A DNA stretch of 32,000 bases from an uncultured Candidatus Babeliaceae bacterium (GTDB lineage Bacteria > Babelota > Babeliae > Babelales > Babelaceae). Within the stretch, counting starts at the first letter, position 1. The number at the start of each line of letters is the position of its first letter. The notes below the pieces were generated by a model that saw only the letters and a list, made by a program, of their open reading frames with translations, was not told the origin of the DNA and searched no databases. The translations under genes were made by a program, and so were the position numbers. Where the stretch lies: assembly GCA_964470345.1 (NCBI GenBank), contig CAYYBE010000006.1:65098-97097 (forward strand), given 5' to 3'. This document shows, in pieces, positions 6,830 through 14,235 of the stretch.

Positions 6830-7816
6830 ATGTCGGGAACCTATGATGAAGCTTTACTCAAAACAATCGAAGTGGAAAGCGCTCGATTTCAACAACTGAC
6901 AGTCGAGATTAACAAAGTAGTAATTGGGAATAAAGAGTCGATAGACTTTATTCTCACAGCATTGCTGTGTAATGGTCACGTATTGCTCGAAGGAGTGCCG
7001 GGTGTTGCAAAGACAACGATGATCAAAACGATTGCGCAAGCATTAGGATTAAGCTTTAAGCGCATTCAGTTTACGCCCGATCTTTTGCCTTCAGATCTTA
7101 TCGGGACATTAATTTACAATCAAAAGACGATGGACTTTGAAACAAAAAAAGGTCCTATTTTTGCGAACTTGATTCTTGCTGATGAAATTAACCGCGCGCC
7201 AGCAAAAGTGCAAGCAGCGCTCTTAGAGGCCATGCAAGAGCATCAAGTAACAATCGGCAACACGACCTTTAAACTGGAAGAACCATTTTTTGTTTTTGCT
7301 ACGCAAAATCCGATTGAGCAAGAAGGAACGTATCGACTTCCCGAAGCACAGGTTGATCGATTTTTGTTTAAAGTGATTATTGGCTATCCATCACTCAGCG
7401 AAGAAAAAGAAGTGGTGCGCTCGCAACAGCGATCTGCCGATGTTTCTTGTATACTACAAACATCTGATATTCTTGCAGCGCAGGCGTGTGTACAAAAGAT
7501 TTTTATCGACGAAAAGATTATCGATTATATTTTGCAGATCGTTTTTGCAACACGTGATCCGCAAGCGTACGGTTTGTCTGATCTCAAAAATTATATTGCA
7601 TGTGGAGCTTCACCGCGTGCGAGTCTCGCATTACATCATGCTGCACGTGCACAAGCATTTTTAAAGAAGCGCCAATTTGTTACGCCTGATGATGTTAAGG
7701 CGGTAGTATATCCCGTTTTGCGCCATCGCATTGCATTGACCTATCAAGCCGATGCAGAAAATATGACGACTGAACAAGTTATTGCAAAAATTTTGGCGAC
7801 CGTACAAGCACCGTAA
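6830..7816 (+). CDS. MoxR-family AAA+ ATPase
   Basis: Walker A GVPGVAKT, Walker B LADEINRA, FATQNPIEQEGTYRLPEAQVDRF, and a C-terminal lid GASPRASLAL. These are the canonical MoxR/AAA_3 features. Confidence 0.9.
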   Translation: MSGTYDEALLKTIEVESARFQQLTVEINKVVIGNKESIDFILTALLCNGHVLLEGVPGVAKTTMIKTIAQALGLSFKRIQFTPDLLPSDLIGTLIYNQKTMDFETKKGPIFANLILADEINRAPAKVQAALLEAMQEHQVTIGNTTFKLEEPFFVFATQNPIEQEGTYRLPEAQVDRFLFKVIIGYPSLSEEKEVVRSQQRSADVSCILQTSDILAAQACVQKIFIDEKIIDYILQIVFATRDPQAYGLSDLKNYIACGASPRASLALHHAARAQAFLKKRQFVTPDDVKAVVYPVLRHRIALTYQADAENMTTEQVIAKILATVQAP

Positions 7817-7939
7817 AGAAAAAATACGTTTTTTTACATAATCGTTGCTCTTGCGGTCAATCCTATAGTAAAGTATCCCCAAGAAGAAGAAAGATGCTTT
7901 GGAACTCTTGAAACCAAGATGGTTACCATGACGTGTATT

Positions 7940-7967
7940 TTGCACAAAGAGTTCTATTTTATATGCT
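7940..7967 (+). promoter_or_regulatory. Candidate sigma70-type promoter for the secretin operon
   Basis: TTGCAC (7940-7945), a 16-nt spacer, then TATGCT (7962-7967), about 65 nt upstream of ATG 8031. Pattern match only; the promoter consensus of this lineage is unknown. Confidence 0.2.
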
Positions 7968-8030
7968 CATTGATTATGCTGGTACTGCTAGTAGATACAA
8001 GCGTATACATAGACAGGTGAAAAAGGTCCT

Positions 8031-9350
8031 ATGAATATTACGATCAAAAATCCCTGGTGGATATTAAATAGCGCATTCGTTGCGTTGCTTTTGGTGTTGT
8101 TGGCCATTATTCTGCTTATTCGGCCTTCAGCTCCTGCAAGCGCGTCTCTTAATGCTGTTCTCGGAGAAGCTTCGACAGCTGCTACTGCGCGCCGTATTGA
8201 TCTTTCACAAATCTATCGCAATGATCTCTTTGGTACACACATTGAACAACAGGCGCTTGCCGAAACAAAAGAGCAAAAGCCTGAAGTGGTTGTTCCACTG
8301 CCGCCACCACCGCAACCAGCTGCCATTGTTCAGCAACAAATTCCGCAATTTTTGCCTCCCCTTGCGCTGTCAATAAAAGGGATTATGTATTCAAATAATG
8401 AGCTTGATAATCGAGCAATTATTGCCGACACTAAATCACGTCGTGAAGCATTGTATCGGCTGGGAGATAAGCTTCTTGATGCAGAAATTATCTATATCGG
8501 GAACAATAAAGTTATGTTTATTCGTTCCAATGGGCAACAAGAAACGTTATTTGTAACGGCAGAAGATGCGCAACATGATCCGATCTATCGTCAACGTAAG
8601 CTGGGAGAACAAGTTGCACGAAAAATGTCAGAAACCGACTATATCTTATACCCTGATATTTTTAAAGAACGTATTACGACAATGGCCCAATTTTTAGATT
8701 CGCTTGATATAACGACTGCATGGGAACAGGGGAAGATTTTAGGACTTCGCATTGGTAAACTCGGCTTTGATTCAATAGCTCCATCGCTTGGTTTGCAGCC
8801 AGCAGACATTGTTACTACAATCGATGGAATTCCATTGCTCAATACTGAAAATCGTACCAAAGTATTTCGTGCACTTACTACAGCAGAGCTGGGGAAAGTA
8901 ATTGAAGTAAAACTTCTACGCTCAGGGCAGCCAATTTCCTATCGATATACATTACAAGAAAAAGATGAAGATTTTACACAAGATGTCGAACAAGTTTCTT
9001 TGGCGAGAACATTTATCCCGCGTGAGATAGCGCAAGCGGTTCCAGCTCCTCAAATGCAGGCTCAAGCGCCACAAGCTTTGCCCGAGCAGACTGCTGCTGT
9101 TGGAGCACCATACTTTGCAACAGAGCAGCCGCCGACTGAGCCATCTCAGGCGGAGCCGCAAGTGGCCCAGTCAACGACTGAACAGTCATTAACTGAGCAG
9201 TCGCCAGTAGATTTGTCTTCGGCGGTGCCCCAAGAACAGCAAAAGCTTGGATCGATTGGAAATCCCCTTGAACAGATTCAAAAAAGAGACAGAGAATCTA
9301 TGATGGCATTTGGAGGGCGAAATGCCATGCTAGAACCAGCACAGTCTTGA
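8031..9350 (+). CDS. GspC-like protein: N-terminal TM helix, HR (PilP-like) domain, PDZ domain and a Q/P/E-rich C-terminal tail
   Basis: TM segment WWILNSAFVALLLVLLAIILLI. The HR-like segment IKGIMYSNNELDNRAIIADTKSRREALYRLGDKLLDAEIIYIGNNKVMFIRSNG fits the GspC HR pattern. PDZ-like GLRIGKLGFDSIAPSLGLQPADIVTTIDGIPL. The stop lies 1 nt before the secretin start. Confidence 0.6.
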   Translation: MNITIKNPWWILNSAFVALLLVLLAIILLIRPSAPASASLNAVLGEASTAATARRIDLSQIYRNDLFGTHIEQQALAETKEQKPEVVVPLPPPPQPAAIVQQQIPQFLPPLALSIKGIMYSNNELDNRAIIADTKSRREALYRLGDKLLDAEIIYIGNNKVMFIRSNGQQETLFVTAEDAQHDPIYRQRKLGEQVARKMSETDYILYPDIFKERITTMAQFLDSLDITTAWEQGKILGLRIGKLGFDSIAPSLGLQPADIVTTIDGIPLLNTENRTKVFRALTTAELGKVIEVKLLRSGQPISYRYTLQEKDEDFTQDVEQVSLARTFIPREIAQAVPAPQMQAQAPQALPEQTAAVGAPYFATEQPPTEPSQAEPQVAQSTTEQSLTEQSPVDLSSAVPQEQQKLGSIGNPLEQIQKRDRESMMAFGGRNAMLEPAQS

Positions 9351-9351
9351 G

Positions 9352-12090
9352 GTGAAAAAGATGTTTAGTAAGCATAATCATACAAAGTTGAGACAAGTAC
9401 TTTTGCTCATGATAAGCATGAGCGGTTATCTGTGTGTTGCTCAACGAGCGCCTTTAGGTGATTTGCTTGCAGAAAATTCTGACATTCCAAAGCCTGGAGT
9501 ACCGAACGTGGCTCCTCAAGCTCCTCTTGTAGTGCCCCCTGTGCCAGCTGCGCCAATGCCTACTGCTCCTCTCAAGCCCCAAGAAGTGGGAGTAGAACCA
9601 GAAGAAAAAATTTCTGAGCAAGAACTACAAGCAGAAGATATAACGGCCAAAGAGCGCCAAGATGAAGATGCAATAGCTTTGCTTGAACGTAAAAAACCAG
9701 AAGAGCAAGGGGAAACAAAAGAGAGATTTTTCCAAGAACAAATTGTGTCAACCATAACAGAAGACAAAGCGAAGAAAAAAAGTAAAAAAGGTGTTGAAGA
9801 AGACTGGGAAGAAAAGACTGCGGTGAAGGGCAATGACGATATTCTTGCCAAAAGCAAATCGCAAATCTACCTTAAAGAATATTTAGAGCCATGGAAGCAT
9901 GGTGATAGCGATGAGCCAATCGAGTTTCTTTTTGATAACGCTGAACTGTCTGCTCTTATTGAATATGTTGAACAAAGATTTCGCATTAAATTTATTATGG
10001 ATGATGATATTCAGCCTTTGCCTCAAGGCGCAAAAAGTATTATGGGAACAAAAATCTCATTCCGGACGCATAAGCCGCTGAGCCGAAAAGATGCATGGAA
10101 TCTCTTTGTTGCTTTTCTTGATATGGCCGGCTTCACGCCAGTTCCTGGTCCAGGGCCACGAATCTATAAGTTAATGGCCTCTCAAGACCCACGAGCACCC
10201 CAAGGGGCTTCGCGATCACCATTACCTCTGTTTATTGGTGTTGATCCTGAACTTGTTCCCAATAATGATACACGTGTTCGTTATGTCTACTTTGTTGTGA
10301 ATACAAGCCTTGAGGTAATCAAAAATGTTGTTGCTTCTATGCAAAGCGTTTCCGCGCCCAGCTTGATTCCTCTTCCAGAATTGAATGCGGTTATTATTAC
10401 TGACAAAGGTGCTAACGTCCGTGCGATATTAGCAATTGTAAAAGAGTTAGATCAAGCGAATATGCCTGAGACATTAGCGGTTGTAAAATTAAAACATACT
10501 GACGCAAGCAAAGCTGCGCAACTGTATAATTCATTAGTGCAAAAAGATGGACAGCAAGGAGCTATGCGCTTTTGGGGACCTCGTCGACAACAGACGGTTG
10601 ATTATTTCTCTGAAGGATTACGAGTTATTCCTGAACCGCGCTCGAACTCATTGATTTTATTGGGATCACAAGAATCAGTAAAAAAAGTAACCAATTTTAT
10701 TGTTGAGATGGTTGATAAGCAGAGCACGTTGCCACTTACGCCGGTCTATACGTACCATCTAAAGTTTTTAGATGCAGAAGTTATGGCAAAAATTCTGAAT
10801 GAAACGACACAATTTCAACCGGGTACAGAAGCGGCAAAAGCTGGTGGCGTTCGTGATGGTGATAAATATTTGAAGCAGATGATAGTTGTCCCAGAAAAGG
10901 CAACCAATAGTCTTATTATTAATGCTGATTATGATGATTATTCAAAAATAAAACAGCTGATTGAAGAGCTTGATGTTGAGCAGCCGCAGGTGATTTTAAA
11001 AGTCTTTATTCTTGGCGTTGATTTGACCGATCAGCGGCAAATGGGTATGCAACTGCGTAATAAAAAACCTGGAGTTAAAGGGCTTATTAGCGATAAGGTG
11101 AATTTTCAGACGTCAGGTCTTGTTGGAACGAATCCGAGTGCATCGGTAGTTGAGAATACGAGTGGAAGCGGCTCGCAGCGGTTGTTAGGTGATTTAATTA
11201 ATCTTGCTTCTCAAGGAGTGCCTGCGGGATCAACGTTAGTGACATTGGGCAGTGATGTCTTTGGGGTGTGGGGAATTTTAAATATGTTGCAGACCTATAC
11301 CCATACAACATTAATAGCAAATCCATTTTTAACAGCAACACATAAATATCAAGCAGAGTTTTCTATAGGTGAAAGGCGACGTGTCCAAACATCAACAACC
11401 AGCGGGACACAGACCATAGCAAACTTTGGTCCTTTAGATGCTAATTTAAATATATCAATTGTGCCCCAGGTAAGTAGAGAAGATCTTGTAACCCTTAACA
11501 TTAATATTGATATTAATGCGTTCACTGATGCCAATGTAGATTCAACAAATGGAAATCGTATTCTGCGAAATATACGCACTTCGGTCATTATCGCTGACAA
11601 TGAAGTGCTTGCTTTGGGTGGATTGGTAAAGGAACAGACGGTGACAGCGACAACAGGTATTCCTATTTTGAAAGATATTCCTTTGATAGGGTGGCTTTTT
11701 AAGAACAGATCAAAGTCGGTACAAAAAACAAGTTTACTTATTTTGGTTGTTCCTGAAATCATTCGGCCAAAAGATAGAGATGCTATCGATCTCTTCACGC
11801 GCTCAAAAATTCTTGATTCAAAAGACATATCGCGTGGATTTATCTCCCCAAGTACTACACGAGATCCAGTGCATCGTTGGTTCTTTAGTGATCAGAAAGA
11901 TACGGAAAATGAGGCAATCGATGAATATACGAGCTTTCAAGACAGGTATAACGGAGAGCGTTCTGCTGCACATAAAAAGAGTATGAAAGCAAAAGTTGCA
12001 GAATTTGATCTGCCTCGATTATCAAAAGCCGAGCAAAGCATGCGTGACAAGGCGCTTGCCAATCATACCGTTGTTGGAGCGATAGATTAG
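9352..12090 (+). CDS. gspD: GspD-type secretin 1 (signal peptide, long disordered linker, N0-N1-N2-N3, secretin core, C-terminal tail)
   Basis: GTG 9352, with an alternative ATG at 9361. Signal peptide ending CVA-QR. N0 IEFLFDNAELSALIEYVEQRFRIKFIMDD. Three N1-N3-like repeats, each ending ..AVIITDKGANV.., ..NSLILLGSQESV.. or ..NSLIINADYDDY... Secretin core from QPQVILKVFILGVDL to GIPILKDIPLIGWLFKNRSKSVQKTSLLILVVPEII. Confidence 0.85.
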   Translation: MKKMFSKHNHTKLRQVLLLMISMSGYLCVAQRAPLGDLLAENSDIPKPGVPNVAPQAPLVVPPVPAAPMPTAPLKPQEVGVEPEEKISEQELQAEDITAKERQDEDAIALLERKKPEEQGETKERFFQEQIVSTITEDKAKKKSKKGVEEDWEEKTAVKGNDDILAKSKSQIYLKEYLEPWKHGDSDEPIEFLFDNAELSALIEYVEQRFRIKFIMDDDIQPLPQGAKSIMGTKISFRTHKPLSRKDAWNLFVAFLDMAGFTPVPGPGPRIYKLMASQDPRAPQGASRSPLPLFIGVDPELVPNNDTRVRYVYFVVNTSLEVIKNVVASMQSVSAPSLIPLPELNAVIITDKGANVRAILAIVKELDQANMPETLAVVKLKHTDASKAAQLYNSLVQKDGQQGAMRFWGPRRQQTVDYFSEGLRVIPEPRSNSLILLGSQESVKKVTNFIVEMVDKQSTLPLTPVYTYHLKFLDAEVMAKILNETTQFQPGTEAAKAGGVRDGDKYLKQMIVVPEKATNSLIINADYDDYSKIKQLIEELDVEQPQVILKVFILGVDLTDQRQMGMQLRNKKPGVKGLISDKVNFQTSGLVGTNPSASVVENTSGSGSQRLLGDLINLASQGVPAGSTLVTLGSDVFGVWGILNMLQTYTHTTLIANPFLTATHKYQAEFSIGERRRVQTSTTSGTQTIANFGPLDANLNISIVPQVSREDLVTLNINIDINAFTDANVDSTNGNRILRNIRTSVIIADNEVLALGGLVKEQTVTATTGIPILKDIPLIGWLFKNRSKSVQKTSLLILVVPEIIRPKDRDAIDLFTRSKILDSKDISRGFISPSTTRDPVHRWFFSDQKDTENEAIDEYTSFQDRYNGERSAAHKKSMKAKVAEFDLPRLSKAEQSMRDKALANHTVVGAID

Positions 12091-12104
12091 AAGGGAAAAT
12101 CACA

Positions 12105-13646
12105 ATGATGAAAAATCTTTTTATACCACAATCTATTGGTGATTTTTCTCTGTTTACTCAGCGCATTGTTGCTCTTGAGTTTACAGAAACTGAAGTCTTA
12201 TGCGCTCTTGTTGTCTGGCATGGTAAAAGAAAGACCATAGAAAAAGTACTACAAGAGCCTATTTCGCAAGATGTTACAATTGCCCTGAAAGATCGTTCGA
12301 TAGCTGCGTTAAAGCGAGTAATGGAACAGATCGGTTCGTATACAAAAATTATAGCTGTTGTGCCAAGCTCAAAGGTTATTTTTAAAGAGATTTCTGTTCC
12401 TGCAATGAGCTGGCAAAAAATAAAGATGTTGTTGCCTTTTGAGATTGAGCCTCTGCTCCCCTTCTCCTTAGATCAGGCTATGGTTGATGGAGTTGTTATT
12501 CGGCAGGGATCGCAAGAACAAAAAACAGAAGTATTAGTAGCGGCAGTCAAGCAAGACATTATGCAAGAACTGCTGGGATTGCTGGCTGACGCTCAAATTA
12601 AGCCTCATGTTGTCACGACCGACCTTGTAGAGCTTTATAGTTTTTATCGTGCATTACCAGAATATACTTCTGATACCCAAACTACGCTTGTGCTTGATCT
12701 AGAGCCTTCGTATGTCCGTTTACTCATGTTGGTCGACGGCAAACTTTCTGCATTTCGCGTTATTCCTCAGGGGTTGGACCATAACGACCAAGATAGCTAC
12801 CAGGCGCTTTTTGCAACGATTAATGTAACGGTAGAGAGTTTCTTAGCTAAAGTACAAAAAGAGCATATCGAAAACATTATTCTTTGCGGTAAAGGCGTTG
12901 AAACACCGGGAATGCAGGAGTTGGTAACTGATCGCATGCATGCTCCATGTCATGTAGCTCCACTGACGCAGCTTTTGCATGAAGGAATTATCCAAACGAA
13001 ACAAGAGCTTGTGGAAAACAATCGATGTATTGTACCGGTAACGGCAGCGCTTTCATATCCAATGACTGAAGATTTTAATCTTGATACCCATGCTGCGGAT
13101 CAACAGGTAAATTCACTGCTGACCAAACAGCTTATTATTACGCTAGTGCTTATTGGTAGCCTATTTATTATGGTATTGACCAACTCAATTATTACGCAAC
13201 GCAATTTGAATGAGGAGTTTGCTGCGCGTGAACAACAGGCAATTAGTCATATTACGCAACAGTTAAATCTTGTTCTTCCCAAAGCACATGCCGGCAAAAA
13301 AACGACGCTTACGATTGATCAAGTCAATAATTTGGCACAGGCGAAAGTGGTAAAAGAAGAAGAGCTTTGGTTCACGCTCTCCAGCCAAAACAGATTTCTA
13401 TTTTTGGATTATCTTCAAGAGTTAAGCACTCGTCTTAATCGACAGGATCTCGGTTTAGAATTGCGGCAGCTTGTTATGACCGAAGATACGATAACGCTTG
13501 AAGGTCGTGTAAAAAACTTTGAAGCACTGCGAACGTTTGAAGAAGATTTAAATCAATCAAAAATGTTTAAGAGTATCCAAAAACCACAAGATCTTAAATT
13601 TATCGTTAAAATGGTTCTTGATAAATCGCAGAGGGAAGAAGCATGA
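12105..13646 (+). CDS. PilM-PilN fusion / GspL-like assembly-platform protein (cytoplasmic actin-like domain, one TM helix, periplasmic ferredoxin-like domain)
   Basis: The N-terminal roughly 330 aa follow the PilM/GspL pattern (IVALEFTETEV.., AVVPSSKVIFKEISVPAM, LLPFEIEPLLPF, TLVLDLEPSYVRLLMLVDGK). TM segment LIITLVLIGSLFIMVLTN. The C-terminal alpha/beta domain is LGLELRQLVMTEDTITLEGRVKNFEAL. AAGGGA lies upstream of the ATG. Assignment rests on architecture and pattern, not on a search. Confidence 0.6.
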   Translation: MMKNLFIPQSIGDFSLFTQRIVALEFTETEVLCALVVWHGKRKTIEKVLQEPISQDVTIALKDRSIAALKRVMEQIGSYTKIIAVVPSSKVIFKEISVPAMSWQKIKMLLPFEIEPLLPFSLDQAMVDGVVIRQGSQEQKTEVLVAAVKQDIMQELLGLLADAQIKPHVVTTDLVELYSFYRALPEYTSDTQTTLVLDLEPSYVRLLMLVDGKLSAFRVIPQGLDHNDQDSYQALFATINVTVESFLAKVQKEHIENIILCGKGVETPGMQELVTDRMHAPCHVAPLTQLLHEGIIQTKQELVENNRCIVPVTAALSYPMTEDFNLDTHAADQQVNSLLTKQLIITLVLIGSLFIMVLTNSIITQRNLNEEFAAREQQAISHITQQLNLVLPKAHAGKKTTLTIDQVNNLAQAKVVKEEELWFTLSSQNRFLFLDYLQELSTRLNRQDLGLELRQLVMTEDTITLEGRVKNFEALRTFEEDLNQSKMFKSIQKPQDLKFIVKMVLDKSQREEA

Positions 13647-14203
13647 TGGGCTTTGATCGAATCCGTGAATATATAAAGAAGCTTGATCCTCAGCAGCTTT
13701 ATCGAGCGATAGGGATCGTCTTTGGTGTTGTGTTACTCATGATGAGCTTTTTGTTGTATAGCTACTATAGTGAAACGCAACAGCTTGAGCGTAAATTAAG
13801 AAGACTGAATCAACAACGAGAACAAGCCCGTGCCATTTTGGAACGATATGCAAAAGTTTTACAGCAACGGGCTAAGGTCGATGAAATCTTGGCAAAAGAT
13901 AAAAATTTTAAAATAATCCAATATTTTACGAATATTGAACAGAGATTGCAGTTAACACAACTCAGAATACGAGAGCCTGAAATTGCATCCGAAGAAAAAG
14001 TTGATGGATATACGGAAATTAAACTTACCGTTACACTTGGTGGCATCAATATGAAACAAGTGGCAGACTTGCTCTATGCTCTTGAGCAAAATGAACGGGT
14101 GTATATAAAAGAGTTGACTCTTACAAAGATGCAAGGGGCACCACTTGTTGATATGTCTTTGGTTATCGCAACGTTTGAAGCGACGACAACCGTAGAAGAA
14201 TGA
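13643..14203 (+). CDS. PilO / GspM-like bitopic protein
   Basis: ATGA start/stop overlap with the upstream gene. Short cytoplasmic N-terminus, TM AIGIVFGVVLLMMSFLLYSYY, coiled coil, then YTEIKLTVTLGGINMKQVADLLYALEQNERVYIKELTL. This matches the PilO/GspM topology and C-terminal pattern. Confidence 0.5.
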   Translation: MMGFDRIREYIKKLDPQQLYRAIGIVFGVVLLMMSFLLYSYYSETQQLERKLRRLNQQREQARAILERYAKVLQQRAKVDEILAKDKNFKIIQYFTNIEQRLQLTQLRIREPEIASEEKVDGYTEIKLTVTLGGINMKQVADLLYALEQNERVYIKELTLTKMQGAPLVDMSLVIATFEATTTVEE

Positions 14204-14235
14204 GGGGCCCGTAGGAAACAATGAGGGATTGACTC

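Noticed and set aside
7814-7840. A/T-only hairpin (GTAAAGAAAAAATACGTTTTTTTAC) directly after the MoxR stop, considered as a terminator.
   Set aside because: The stem is almost entirely A-T pairs with bulges, so predicted stability is very low. I could not support it as a terminator.
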